64,000 bases of DNA from Octopus sinensis (GCF_006345805.1 NC_043000.1:58652001-58716000), one strand, 5' to 3'. Positions 1 to 61,784 are shown, counted from the first letter of the stretch. Made by a program: numbers and translations. Notes: generated by a model not told the origin, from the sequence alone.

Positions 1-192
1 TGTGTGTGTGTGTGTGTGTATTCGTACATAGCAGTTAACTGATAATATTGGGCATAGCATTTGACTGATACTTTATTTCATTGACCAGAAAGGATCGAAT
101 AAAGTACTAAATGTGATATTTGATAATATTCTCCCCACAATTATAAGCTGAACACTCTCAGTGTACGGTTAAAGAAAATATTTGATCCTTAC

Positions 193-46431
<46,239 letters not shown>

Positions 46432-46644
46432 CTGAAAGAGGAAAATAATTATGGATCACTTTAAAACAAATTAGATGTTATGTAATATTTAGTTATTAAT
46501 CATATTTAAAGTAACACTCTGTAGCATGATTTATGAATACATACATTATAAGGGCAATTATAAACATACAGCTTTGTTGTATGAATACATACATACATAC
46601 ATACATACATACATACATACATACATACATGCATACATACATAC

Positions 46645-46675
<31 letters not shown>

Positions 46676-46704
46676 CATACATACATACATACATACACGC
46701 ATAC

Positions 46705-47255
46705 ATACATCCTCTCTTGGACACAAGACCACTACATCACATCACATATTGAAGACTATGCGTTTGCAATCCAGGAACAAGAGATTGCCACAATATACCT
46801 GGCGAACAAGAGACAGTGACGCTCTTGTAATCCCAAGGTGCAACCACATGTGTAAGCTATTATATGTTTCTGTGGAAGACATTACGCATGCGATTAGCAG
46901 GTATCCTAAAATGTCGTTACGGTACTACCTCCTTACGCGGTACGATGTTGTTGCGAAAACAATTTACTAGGTTATCTGCAAAAAAGACTGTCCTGAAATA
47001 AACTTAGAAAATTGCTCTGTTATGGAATACATTCATAAACACCAACTCAAAGAATATTGGTGGAATATTCCTCTCAGATGTAAACATAACAGGCCGGATA
47101 TTGTTGTTTAAGAAGGCAAAGGTATGTACCATCATAGAGGTCAGCTGCTCAGCAGATAAAAATCAAAGGAAAAGAGGATATCTATGGACAATTGCTTTGA
47201 AACCTCCAGCTTCTATATCCAGACTATGAATTCGTATTCATACCAATAATGTTTG
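46705..47255 (+). mobile_element. RLE LINE fragment starting in (TACA)n
   Basis: ITSHIEDYAFAIQEQEIAT.YL, C.LL..SVEDITH.IS.......YYL..RYD.VA, YWWN.P...CKHNRPDIV. Confidence 0.75.
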
Positions 47256-47654
47256 TGCCTTTGTGTGTGTGCTGTTGATTGGAGGGAAGGAAACAAGGTT
47301 CGTTATCAACAAACAGTGACATAGTGCGTTGAGGTATTCCTTTCTATTTTCCTCACAGCAGAAGCTTAGTGAGGATGAGTTTACATTCTTATATCAACTA
47401 CAACTAGACTATGTAATATTTAAATTTATTTCAGTTCTTGTGACTCTTCTGGGCATAAGTATTGAATTGGATTGCCTTAGTTCACTCCACTTCTGGATGA
47501 AAACCTCAGTATGTTCTCACCACCAATCACACAGACTGATGTGGAGGTCGTGAATTTGAGCTTGAGGTCATACAGGTTTGATGATCCTGCTCTGGCAACT
47601 GGTTTAACATGGCTTGGTAGAGAGATGCATTTTTTATACTTCATACCCAGGAGT

Positions 47655-47793
47655 AGTTAAGTCGATTACATCGACCACAGCTCTCAATACAAAGTCAGCC
47701 TCGGCAGAATTTAAACTCAGAACGTAAGGACGGGACGAAATACTGCTAAGCATTTCGCCCGGCGTGCTAGCGATTCTGCCAGCTCGCTGCCTT
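47655..47793 (-). mobile_element. SINE family B fragment
   Basis: Reverse complement of GGCAGCGAGCTGGCAGAATCGCTAGCACGCCGGGCGAAATGC. Confidence 0.75.
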
Positions 47794-48004
47794 AAGTATA
47801 TATTGTTTAATTAATGACGAACTGCCAAAAGAGCAAATATGTAAATTATGCTATTGTCTACAGTTCTGATTTAATTTATGACTCCTTTCTGACTTGAAAC
47901 TCTGAGTAACGAGATGAACATTGGCCAGAATTAATGTATATGCAACAAATTTTCTCTACTTAAAATACTTTGTGTATGTGGGTGTATGTGTATGTGTGTG
48001 TGTG

Positions 48005-48257
48005 CGTGCGCGCGTCTGTGCGTGTGTGCGCGCGTCTGTGCGTGTGTGCGCGCGTCTGTGCGTGTGTGCGCGCGTCTGTGCGTGTGTGCGCGCGTCTGTG
48101 CGTGTGTGCGCGCGTCTGTGCGTGTGTGCGCGCGTCTGTGCGTGTGTGCGCGCGTCTGTGCGTGTGTGCGCGCGTCTGTGCGTGTGTGCGCGCGTCTGTG
48201 CGTGTGTGCGCGCGTCTGTGCGTGTGTGCGCGCGTCTGTGCGTGTGTGCGCGCGCGC
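48005..48257. repeat. 20-bp CpG-rich minisatellite, about 12 perfect copies
   Basis: (CGTGTGTGCGCGCGTCTGTG)n. Confidence 0.95.
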
Positions 48258-48289
48258 TTATGTATGTATACATACATACATATATATAT

Positions 48290-48320
<31 letters not shown>

Positions 48321-48326
48321 TAATAA

Positions 48327-48411
<85 letters not shown>

Positions 48412-48905
48412 AAGCAAATTCAACATATAAATATTGAGCTTTTATGCTATATCCAACAATGTTCACCATATAATAACGGTTAACCTTTTTGTTCGTTTGT
48501 TTGTTTGTTTGTCTATTGTAGAGTACTGTATAGAATGTTAATGTTATTAATTTATATATTTTGTCTATTGGCAATGCATTTACAAAAGTGAGCCATTACA
48601 GCGCGTAGTAATAGAGAACAGAAGCAAATCTCGATAGAAAAGAAAATAATTGACAACGCTACCGTCTAATTGATAAAGCTATGGAAGTTTTATTATTTGT
48701 AAACTGCGAACCAAATATCAACTCACAGATACAATACAATATACATGAAATAGACTATAGAAGCAGTCTGGAATTAACTGTTAAATAACTTTAAGTACGG
48801 TGATGACGATTTCATCAGTGACGGCATTATTTCCACGATCCTTCACTGCCAACTGCAAAACGCGGTGCTGTTGTTACTGTTGTATCACAATCATCATTTC
48901 ATTCA

Positions 48906-49311
48906 GTTACAAATTAAAGAAATTGTGGTGGGGACGTGGGCGGGGGGGATTAAAATTTTGAAAATGTGATTTCTGGGCAAAATCGTATAAACCCACTTTT
49001 ATACAATAAAACAATACATAGTTTGTGATCCTTCTTAAGAACATATAAATATAACACCACACACACACACACACACACACATTCATATATACACACATGT
49101 GCACATACATCCACATACATATATACATAACATATATACACAGCCACAAACGCATAACTATTTTTCTGTAAACACTTAGTGCTTACGTGTGATCGAGGCA
49201 TCGTCATTTTAGTCGTAATTCTTTACGGCGTTGAACTCAATTCAATTAGCCATCATTAAAACTATTCTGCTTTACGAAATGATGATAACAATGACTGAAT
49301 AACTGAATACA

Positions 49312-49365
<54 letters not shown>

Positions 49366-49985
49366 TGTGTGTGTGTGTGTGCAAGTACATACATATTTTC
49401 CGAGGTCAAGTTTCAATACCATAAAAATTACTTAAAATGTAAAAAAAAAAACTTATGTTAGCACTCAGTAAAGAATCAACATAAGGAATCATGAGTTGTT
49501 TCGATGTTTTTTATGTAATAGATTCGCGAAAGTCGAAATTGTCTACCGTATTCAGTTTAGCTTTTTGGAAAGCGAGGGAAGTTTCTTCAGAAATAATGTC
49601 GTCTACCTGTTATTTCTAACATGTCGGGTTTTCTGGTGATGGTCTGGTATTTTTTACGCCTGCTATTTCATTACAATTCTACGCATGCGTGAAACATCGA
49701 AACATTGGGAGATTTTAGTTTTTTGAAAGCAGGTAGGCGATGAGTGGGCGAGATAGGGGAAGGGGCATTGAGTATTTAAAAAAATACATATTTCCCAGAT
49801 TCGTAATTTCTGTATTTTTCTACGTGGATAAAAAAAAAATTCGAAAAAAAGTTACAAATTAAAGAAATTGCGGTGGGGACGTGGGGGGGGGATTAAAATT
49901 TTGAAAATGTGATTTCTGGGCAAAATCGTATAAACCCACTTTTATAAAATAAAACAATACATAGTTTGTGATCCTTCTTAAGAAC
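48906..49985. repeat. ~135-bp direct repeat (48906-49043 / 49851-49985)
   Basis: GTTACAAATTAAAGAAATTG.GGTGGGGACGTGGG...CTTCTTAAGAACA occurs twice. Confidence 0.9.
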
Positions 49986-50196
49986 AGAAAGCACTTTCAT
50001 GCAAGTCCATGCAAATTGTACCCTCCCCCTTCACTTTTAAACAAACAATAACTTCAATTACGCCAATTATCCAGTTGACTATATATCAGGTGTGCCGATT
50101 CTGCCCATAAGAAAGGAATAAATAATACGGTGTGTCTGTAAGTCATAATACCCAAGCGACGCCGGGATGCATTAATAGCGCGTGTGTGTGTGTATG

Positions 50197-50270
<74 letters not shown>

Positions 50271-51314
50271 TGTTTCTTTATTAGCCACACAGGGCTGCAC
50301 ACAAACGGGACAGATTACAAAGTAGAGCTTTTCTTTTTGGGGGGAAAAAGTGGGGTAGGTTTTCGATCAAAAGGGAAAGAAGAGAAAAAAAGAAAAGAAA
50401 AAGGAAAAAAACCATCAATAGGGATCGTGTATCACAGTGTCATGATGAATGGTGTAAAGGGGGAAGCAGATAAGGTTTATCCGTGGGAAGAAAAGCCTAC
50501 GGAAAAGACCACGGTAACCTCGGTCAATATTGTTACATGTTACCACATTTGTTTGCAAGTAGGTAACCCTCTGTTTTAAATTTCCGGGTTCATAGGATTA
50601 TGCTCAAGGTGGCTTCGTCAATCATACGTGCCATCCTTGCTACATTCACCCATCTTTTTTTTAAACATTCGCTAGACAAAACTTGCCTCGCTACTCTCAC
50701 TTTCCTTTTCAAATGGTACTTGAAGAAGTTGATGAGAGATTGACCAGAGAGGAAAGTGTTTGTCTCCAATCCTTTCAGACGCGTCCACCAGATACATTCT
50801 TTCGCCATAGCCACAAGGATGATGAAAATAGCTCTTCCTTCCCGTTTGAAGGAAGGAAGCGTGACAATATTGACGATAGACTCGGCTGATAAACCGACAC
50901 GTGACAGCAGTTGTTCGACATAAGCCCACAGGTCGGAAATTATTGGACACTGCACGAGCGCGTGCAGAACGGTTTCGTCGCTCTGACTGCATCTCGGGCA
51001 GGTCGGCCCCATGTTTCTCGAGCCGTGCCTGTAGAGCTTATCCCGAAAGGGTAGCGCTTCTCGGTAGCACTGCCAGGCCAGGGATCTCTGGAAGTTGTCC
51101 ATGGGCCCTATCCCGAAAGTCGTCCTGAACAGACGGGTTAGGTATTCCTCGTCGACGTCCAGGTTTGCCCCGAGCTCGTCGTCGTACCTCCCCTCCACTA
51201 ATCCCCTATAGAATGCTTGGGTTGTGTTGAAGTCACTCAAGGTCGACCCGGGACGGCATAGTTGCTTGAGAGCAACGCGACACTCGCGGTGCCATTCGTC
51301 CTTTCTCGGCCTCT
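50271..51314 (-). mobile_element. Tx1/L1-clade LINE, 5'-truncated, inserted in (GATA)n
   Basis: ORF 50590-51240 with LAWQC...ALP...L......CPRC...ETVLHAL..C.....LW and IWWTR; AATAAA immediately before (TCTA)n. Confidence 0.85.
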
Positions 51315-51329
51315 AGCTAGCTAGATAGT

Positions 51330-51438
<109 letters not shown>

Positions 51439-52133
51439 GTCACAACTCTTCAAGTAAACTAGTACACTCTTTTGAGCTTTTATATATTTATTTTTATTTT
51501 GGTGAAAGTGAGTGCTGAGCTACTACGCTACGCAGTAGTTTGACCAGAAATAGCAGCCAAATTTCCCTCAAATCAAAACTAGGGTCTTAAAAAAGGAGTG
51601 ATAGTTTAGATAATGCTGTTGCAGATTGCGTTATACTTGAATTAAAACAAAGAAAAACGAGATGGGCTAAGTAACGACGACTGTGCTATAAAACCCTATG
51701 ATTGCAGTCACGCCAATAGCTTGGAGACAGAGATAAGTTATACTCCAACCGTAACATATACAGACACGTCCAATCCTTTTGCATTTAAAACCATATTATC
51801 AACTAAAATACTGACATTACAAATGAATTAACAATGTATTATTGAATATCTATCTCTATGGTATTTCCATTGATATTTTACTTTATTGAATTGATAAGAA
51901 ACTTCTTGCTGTACACGTTCGACCATACAACAAGTGCTATATTTCGACAGATGCATACAATAGTTATTCATCAATGAATTATCTACATCAGTGTTATATT
52001 CGTTTTATTATTTTTTTCTCTCTCGATAAATGATGCACAGGGTCACAAAATTAAAACTGAACTGGAGTCTATGAACACACCTCAATGTCATTACTATATT
52101 TGTGGTGGTGGTGGTGGTGGTAGTACCGGTACC

Positions 52134-52462
<329 letters not shown>

Positions 52463-53079
52463 GAAATGGATGTCACGATGGTGATAGTACTAGTGGTTTA
52501 AGGCGATGGATTAGCAAAGTCGATTGAGTGTCGAATACAATGATTCGCTGTATTCGTTTGGAGGACTGTGCTCTGAGTTCAAATTCTGCAATCGTCAGCC
52601 TTGCCTTTCACTTTTTTGGAATCAATAAAAAGAAATTAACAGTCCTTGTCGGTAGACTGGCAGAATTGTTAGAGTGTTGACCGAGATGCTTTGCAGTATC
52701 TTTTCTGGCTGTGTGTATTCTCAGTTAAAATATTTCTCCGTCACCAAAAGATGGCGGCACTTCTGTCCAGATTTGCAACCAATAGATAATATTAATAATT
52801 TCAAAAATCAATTGAAGCATAGTTTCCTTGATTCAATCGGAAGATCGACTGTCATCACCACCACCACTACCTTTAACAATTAAAGTGATTCCGGAATACT
52901 GTATAGTTGGGGAAGATGCTAGAAGTACATTGTTTTCGGGCGAGATAATAATACCCAGAATCTATAGAAAGAGAATGTTTATCTCTTTTTGATATCTGAA
53001 GAACATATTCTCATAGCTTAGTGCTAGTGTATTCCATATGAGTGCAAGATATACTATACTTCACTATTACTAAATGGAG

Positions 53080-53385
53080 TGGAGGCGCAATGGCCCAATG
53101 GTTAGGGTAGCGGACTCGCGGTCGGAGGATCGCGGTTTCGATTCCCAGACCGGGTGTTGTGCATGTTTATTGAGCGAAAGCAACTAAAAGCTCCACGAGG
53201 CTCCGGCAGAGGGTGGTGGCGACTCCTGTTGTACTCTTTCGTCATAATTTTCTCTCACTCTCTCTTCCTGTCTCTTGAGTAACGCTGCAATGGACTGGCG
53301 TCCCGTCCAGGTAAGGGGAACACATACGCCACAGAAACCGGGAAACCAGGCCCATGAGCCTGGCTAGGCTTGAAAAGAGCGACAT
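53080..53385 (+). mobile_element. tRNA-derived SINE (family D)
   Basis: A box TGGCCCAATGG, B box GGTTTCGATTCC, conserved ATGGACTGGCGTCCCGTCCAGG core. Confidence 0.75.
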
Positions 53386-54586
53386 TTATCGTTTTATTAC
53401 TAAATTGAACAGGATATAACGTTAGTAACCATCTTTGGAAATTAATTAGATAAGGCTATTAAGAAAGAAAAAAGGGGTAAATCCATCTGTAAAATATAAC
53501 GAGATATCTGAAGTATATATACTCTTTTATTGGTTAAATAATTCAGGGTTAAGCCAGTTGTATTATACATGAGCATGACTAAGTAGCAGAGCGTATAACG
53601 TTCGTAACAGTTCATGGTAGTGAATTGGAAAGGGTTAGTATGAATGAGAAAATTTGTAAATTCTTCTGTGAGATATAACAAGATGTCTGAGATATACACA
53701 CTTTTATATTAGTAAATTAACGTAGAGCTGAGCGTGGTAAAAAGATGTACATCCGTTAAGATGTTATCAATTAATGCCCACCGTGGGTACTTCAGTGAAT
53801 ACTTCTTAGAAGAGTTCTGGCCCAGGGGCTTATGGAAAGGAAAGTGAATATTTGATATATCTCTCTCTGAAAGAAATATAATATCACAGCCTCCTTGAAT
53901 ATGGAGCCGTCATTGTCTTCTTTGTAATAAAATCTCTCTCAAAAGCTCTGGTCTTGCAGAGTGAAGACTTCCATATTTCAGTCACTTGCACTCAGTTTGA
54001 GAGTAAGAGTGTTTTAGCAACAAATATGTGAAGTACTAACTTGCACCGAAAGTAACAACATTAATTTTCTCTCCCCCCCTCTCTCTGTTGCTCACTGCAA
54101 GACATGGATCAGACTTCCTCACTCCTAATCGCAACTAAAGTGGCGGATTTTTTCTACGAAATGGTCTAATTCGACGCAAATTATCATTAGTATCCTCGAA
54201 TGACAGATTTCACAGTCACTGTAGATAGCAATAATAACATTTTAGAGTAATAACATTTCAGAACACAAAGGCAAAATTACTGATTATATCAAGAAAACAA
54301 TCTTGTAATTATAACATAAGGGACTAAAGCCATCTGAATATGGCTAGGGACAGGGCAGGGTGGTGGGGGTGTTACTGTTGCATTTAGCCCCAGGCGAACA
54401 TCAACGTCGCCAGATAGGCTTGACACCATCACGGCGTCCTTTATCCTGCAAAGGGAGATAATTCCCCGATGAAGCGGAAACCACACACGGACCTAGGTTT
54501 CAAGGTGTATTGCCTATCATCAACGTGTGGTAGGCCCCCGCCTCCTCGACGAACAACTAATTCATCTACACAAATCTTGGACAAGG

Positions 54587-54700
<114 letters not shown>

Positions 54701-54874
54701 TGCACACACATTCACCCACACACATACATACATTATATAGTCGGCAAGTTTCAGCTTTATGAATTGTCGCAATTAGTTAAGAGTAACGATGGTAAAGCTA
54801 ATGATCATCTAATGTGGAATACTAAAAGAGTTTCTGATATATACATATATATATGTATATATATATATATATAT

Positions 54875-54940
<66 letters not shown>

Positions 54941-55023
54941 AGGATTAGCTCGTATACGAGTAGGTATATATTTGTAAAAAATGAAGTTCGAAAATGCTGC
55001 TATATTATACAATTTTTAATTTT

Positions 55024-55055
<32 letters not shown>

Positions 55056-55109
55056 ATATATCTGAGTGAATACATACATATACATGCATATGTACAAACA
55101 CACATATAG

Positions 55110-55191
<82 letters not shown>

Positions 55192-55287
55192 TATATTTCG
55201 ATGCGAATGGTTTTGTTATTAGACTATTTTCCTTGGTTATTTTGCACCGTGATCGTTATAAGCTTTAAACTTATAAAAATACCATGT

Positions 55288-55364
<77 letters not shown>

Positions 55365-55489
55365 GATACATGCATGCACGCATACATACATACATACATA
55401 TATAAATACAAACATACATGCATGCAAACACATACATACATGCATGCATACATACATACATACATACATACATACATACATACATGGAC

Positions 55490-55743
55490 TGAGGGGCAAA
55501 GGTATGTACAATCAGCTGCCCTGCAGATATAAATATCTCCTTGAAAATCAAAGTAAATGAGGATATCTATGAACAACTGCTTCGAATCCTCCAACTTCTA
55601 TATTCAGACTAGGAATTCCTATTCATACCAAAGATGGAGCCGTGTATCTTTGTTGGAAACCGCCTCCCTCCTTAGTGGAAGATTCATAATAATTGAAAAA
55701 TAGAAGAGACATACATACATACATACATACATACATACATACA

Positions 55744-55774
<31 letters not shown>

Positions 55775-56430
55775 GTAACCGATGCAGACTTTGTTGAGTT
55801 AACACCGAAGATATCACTCACATCATAAGCTGTTGTCCAAAAATATATATCTACCGATGAGGCATGATGTAGCTAGGGCACTCTATAATAAAATCCGTCG
55901 AAAGGATAACCCGAGGACAAAGAAATAAGAACCCATAGTATGGTAGAAGCCATAGCCACTCATAATAAAAAGGAGTAATGGTGGAATGTCCCAGTGAAGA
56001 CCTCAATAAAATGTAATCACAACAGACCTCATATAATAATTTAGGATAGAGAAGGGAAACTGTGTACAGTTGTGGAAATTAACTGTCCGGTGGATGTTAA
56101 CATAAAGCTGAAGATCAGTGAAGAAGAGAATATCTACGCTGAACTATCCAGATTACAAGTTCAGGTTCATAACTGTAATTATTGGGACTCTGGAATATGT
56201 AACACACTGCCTAAATACCAATCTTGAGAAATCAAGCTTCTCAAAACCAGAAAGGAGAAAATTAATTCAAAGTTTAAATATATATGAGCGTATATGCAGC
56301 TATATGCATGAGATTATATACATAAAACAAAACATAAAAATCTGCACATATACATACATACATACATACAAACAAACAAAAATACCCTGTAGTTGATATT
56401 GAAATTCCAAAGAAGGAGCCTTCCTGAATT
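55490..56430 (+). mobile_element. RLE LINE fragments interleaved with (TACA)n, same family as 46705
   Basis: CRLC....EDITHIISCCPK, RHDV, WWNVP, HNRP, VEINCP.D, YPDYKFRFITVIIG. Confidence 0.75.
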
Positions 56431-56973
56431 AAAACTGAACAATGACATACATACTTCATATTTTCCTTCAACGAGGGATATTTACATGACCATATATTCC
56501 AGGATTTGATAAAGAACATCAGTTGCAGATGAGACAAGTAAATGATTGCTTAGACGGACCAGACTCACACCTCTTTTCTCTCATCTCCTGGTTGCGCTGC
56601 GCGCCTTTCTTCTTCTTCTTCTTCTTCAGATCCTCAATCCCTTCTCCACCCAAAACATGCCTTCAAATTTTGAAGTTTTCACCTACGCACGTATGCACAT
56701 ACATACATACATACATACATACATACATACATACATACATACATACACACATACATACATATATACATGGTTGAAGTTGACTCATGACCGTTTGAGACCA
56801 TTTCTTAAAATGAAGAGTCTAAGAAGTTTCAGTGCATGAAATTGTTTTAAGTGAGCGAACCTACTTTTCAGCGCAAAAAGCTATGTCGCCAGTGGCACAA
56901 CAGAGGTTGAGACGGCCAGAAATCAACTACAATTCAGTTTATATACATATACATATATATATATATACATATA

Positions 56974-57237
<264 letters not shown>

Positions 57238-57240
57238 TAT

Positions 57241-57282
<42 letters not shown>

Positions 57283-57357
57283 TATATATATATATATCGA
57301 TATATATGTATGTGTGTGTATATACACATAAATATACATATATATACATATGTATAT

Positions 57358-57584
57358 AGGCACAGGATTGGTTGTGTGGTTGGTAGCTTGTTTACCAACC
57401 GCATGGTTTCGGGTTCATTCCCACTGCGTAGTACATTGGGTAAGTGTCTTCAACTATAGCCTCGGGCCGACCAAAGCCTTGTGAGTGGATTTGGTAGACG
57501 GAAACTGAAAGAAACCCGTCGTATATATGTGTATATGTATATATATATATATATTATATATATAATATATATTATATATATAAT

Positions 57585-57627
<43 letters not shown>

Positions 57628-57830
57628 GTATTTGTGTGTCTGTGTTTGTCTCCCCAATAACGCTTGACAACCGATGCTGGTGTGTTTACGTCCTCGTAAC
57701 TTAGCGGTTCGGAAAAGAGACTGATAGAATAAGTACTAGGCTTACAAAGAATAAGTCCTGGAGTCGATTTGCTCGACTAAAGGCGGTGCTCCAGTATGAC
57801 CGCAGTCAAATAACTGAAACAAGTAAAAAA
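57358..57830 (+). mobile_element. SINE family A with (TA)n expansion
   Basis: Matches 32260-32650. Confidence 0.88.
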
Positions 57831-57857
57831 GTATATATATATATATATATATATATA

Positions 57858-57892
<35 letters not shown>

Positions 57893-59488
57893 AGTTTATT
57901 TTCTCTTAACGAGGGATAAGGGTCCTTCAGTCTCAGTTATCAATATACTAGTAAACCCATGGTTAAACCCTGACCAGTGCCACTAGTCCGTGTCAGCGTT
58001 GACCTGGGAACAAATAGTGACTAAGAGGTGATTTCACGCTCCTCAAAACCTTGGAACTCCTGGACCAGAGCCCCACTACCAGATGCAGTTTTAAGTCATA
58101 CACGCATACATACATGCATACATAATGCATGCATACATGCATACATACATACATACATATATACATACATACATATATACATACATACATATATACATAC
58201 ATACGTGTATGTGTGTGTGTGTATGTGTGTGTGTGTGTGTGCGTGTGTGTGTGTGTAGTGGAAATATAGAAAAGCAGATGGCTCAGGCACAACAGTTGAC
58301 CAACAAGGACTTTTTTTCAAAGATAATCTGTAAGCAAGGTTTTTCTAAAGTTCAACATGAAACAATTCAGTGGAGCTTCGATTCTTTGTAAGAAAGAAGT
58401 TCCTTCTTTTTGGATAGAATTTAGATAAGAAAATAAAACAATCATAAACCACGCACATGCACATACATACGTTTAAATATATACATATACCTACATTAAA
58501 ACATACATACCAAAAATACTTACAAGCATAAAAGTAGATACATGTTTACAGAAAGACATGAAAACCGATCCCTCCGTTTATGTATCGATCTATGCATACA
58601 TACTTATATCATACATCTATTCAGCCATGCATGCAATCATCAAACCATCCGTCTTTACATACATGCATACATACATACATACATACATACATACATACAT
58701 ACATACATACATACATACATACATACATACATACATACATACATACATACATACATACATACATACATACATACATACATACATACATACATACATACAT
58801 ACATACAAATATAATGGTTATATAAAAACTTACAAAAATTAAAACTATGTTGATTATGAGTGTCCTCATCGCTCAGTTTTCATAGTGTAAAAGATAAACC
58901 AGTATTCGAACAGAGATCTAGAACTGATCTGCTCTCTATCCTCCGAATGTGTTTAATAACTAGAGCTCGGAAGAGTCAGCGTATGAAAGACGTCAGAAAG
59001 GAAGACACTATTGATTGGCCTATGAATTCAAAGCGAGGAGGTGGCCTGACGTTAATATCTTACAGCGACAAAGCTATAAGAACAATTGGCACCTCCCCTG
59101 TTTTATATTATATATTTTTTTCTTATTTGAATGTTTAATTAAGTGAAATTTTTTGATCGATGTTCAAGCTAAGATATCGATCTGGTTTTCGCTTTGTTAT
59201 CTTTTTTTCCTTTTATGTCCATCCAGGTGTTATCTTTCTTTCTTATATCTGTTTATTTACCTGTCATTTTGTTCTTGTTGTTATGGTGGGAGTTTTGTTG
59301 TTTTGCTTTTCTTTTTTTACTGAATTCGTTAATCAACCTACTGCAATAATAAGAATTGTCATCGAGGCTATCCTTAGATTAATAAAAAAAGCTATTGACA
59401 CAACTACATATACATCAACTGTTTAGAAAACTTTTATGTAAATGTTCAGGTATATATACAGAGATATTTCTCTCTCTCTCTCTCTCCC

Positions 59489-59531
<43 letters not shown>

Positions 59532-59757
59532 ATCTCTCTCTTACTTATTTCAGTCATTTGACTGTGCTGGGGCACTGCGTCGAAAGATTTTTAATCGATC
59601 AAGTATTTGTGCTTAGCTTATCAGTCTCATATTTTTTTTTAATCCCTGTTAAATTACAGGAACGTAAACAAACTTACACCATTTGTCAAGCAACAATGAG
59701 ACACAAACACAAACGCGCGCACGAACGCACACGCGCATACATATATTTACGACGAAT

Positions 59758-61784
59758 ATCTTTGCAGCAAGGAAGAACTAACTGCTCTCCAGTGTTATGC
59801 GGTTTTTTGCAACAGCAATCTTCCTTGAAACCTCGTAGGAGGCTTTCAGACTAGCCGCAACGTCCTACATACACATTCCTGTGTCATCAAGCCTGGAGTT
59901 GGCCAATCTGTCAGCTTGGCGTCTGAAAAATTCCTTGTCATTGTTGACTGTGCTGAGATGTTTCATTTCCAAATGCTTCTTAAGCCCGCTGGGCTTCAGC
60001 GAAGAAGCTGCCAACACCTCAAAGCACAGAACACACTGTGGTTTTTCTACTCCACCAGCAGTAAGCACAGTGAAACCGAAGGTCAAGTATGACTCGTCAT
60101 ATCTCCTTTTCTTTGTAAAGGACATTCTACAGATAAATATAATAACAATGTGCAAATGTTGTGCTGTAAATGCACAAAATTTTGTACTATTTCACTCTGT
60201 TGAGAAAATTTTGTTACTTTTATCAGTGTTATTTGTCCGCAAGCATAAGGAATAGTCTGGACAGGGGTACATTCTGGGCTGTATCTCTCTGAAGCGGGTG
60301 AGTCTGGGCTAGCTAAGACTAGCCCCGGGTATAGTCTGGGGTATATTCTGGGGTGTTACAGCGGCCGTAACACCGCCTCATTGATGACATAGAAAACTTT
60401 ATTACTTTTATCAGAATAAATATACATATAAGATATTTTTCAAAGTACAGTGAGTCCTTATTCATGCAGAAGTTATTTCGAAAATGTTTAATATTGTTTT
60501 ACTTCAATATCCTCATTTTACTCATTCAGTTAGACCTAGATCAAGTTTCTTACCATTGTAACGCCTTGTAGCTACTTTAAAAAAGTTCAATTAAAAGTCG
60601 CTAGGTACTTTATGTAGAACGAACGTCTTAATTCTGACAGCACTACTAGCTTGTCTTTTTGTTGGCTTATTAGGTCCCTACTTATTGATGCTTAATACAA
60701 ACATAAAAAGTAAAATTAAGAATGAACTTACGATGATAAATATGTCGAAAATATAGGCTTTCGTAAATGTGTGATGGGAGAAACAAATTGCAACCTGTTC
60801 ATAAACGACTCTTGCGGACAATGCCATCAATGAGCCGGTGTTACGACCGCAGTAACCCCCAGAATATACCCCTGCCCAGACTATGCCCGGGGCTAGTCTG
60901 AGCTAGTCCAGACTATACACCCTCCAGGGAGACAGCCCAGAATGTACCCCTGTCCAGACTATACCCCATGCTTGCGGACAAATAACACAGATGCACCTCA
61001 CAAAAATTGCCTCAGAACATATATGAAATTTGATATCAATCGATGAAGAATTAAATGTTACATGTAAATTTCGATTTAAACATAGCAGTTTATAATTATC
61101 GAATACAAATATTCAATGTACCAATATAAACCCAATGTATAGGTAGATTGGAAAAAGAAAATGACGACTCGCGCTTGCTGCGCAGTGCACCTGTACTTTG
61201 AGTCATAGCCTAGACTCGCGCAAATGTGGCCATTTGTGGTGGGTCTATATTGGTACATTTTAAACTATTTTGCATTTAATAATTCTAAATTGCTATGTTT
61301 AAATCGAAATTTACATGTAATTTTTAATTCTTTATCGAGTGATATCAAATTTTACATATGTTCTGAGGCAACTTTTATAAGTGAGGTACTTGTTATTTGT
61401 CCGCAAGCATGGAGTAGAGTCTGGACAGGGGTATATTCTGGCCTGGTTGTCTGGAGGGGGTATAGTCTGGGTACGGGTATATTCTGAGCTGTTACACCGC
61501 CAATTTTCAATCCTGTTTAGACTTGTTGCGCCCATACCATCGCACCGATCTATAAAGCCGCAGAGAGACGCTTGCATTCAAGTACGCGCGTCGCCTCAAA
61601 TGCATTCTACCTGTAAGGCTTTTTAACACGAAAACTAGGGGTTCAATGGTTCCAGTTTTAGCTAAAACCGGAAAACCTAGGGTTTTGAATATTAAAAATC
61701 TGAAGATTAGGACCCCTTCACGGAACCCCCTAAATCGCTTCGCGGGCCCTCAGGAATCTGCGGACCCCAGTTTGGAAACCAGGG
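59758..61784 (-). mobile_element. hAT (Charlie/Buster-type) transposon 5' part with nested insertion
   Basis: KKRRYDESYL.FGFT......PQCVLC.EVLA.SSLKPS.L.KHL..KH (BED finger), ASYEVS..IA..KK; TIR-like CCCTGGTTTCCAAACTGGGGTCCG ending at 61784. Confidence 0.82.
60226..61500. mobile_element. Complex fold-back MITE-like insertion
   Basis: 60226-60390 is inverted to 60821-60988; 60835-61133 is inverted to 61240-61500. Confidence 0.75.

Noticed and set aside
54460-54500. CCGATGAAGCGGAAACC hammerhead-like core
   Set aside because: No stem II or stem I, and no NUH in register.
60732-60827. ATG-initiated phase-0 exon candidate with GTAAGT donor as first exon of the PKD1-like gene
   Set aside because: It lies inside a transposon fold-back and is not signal-peptide-like.
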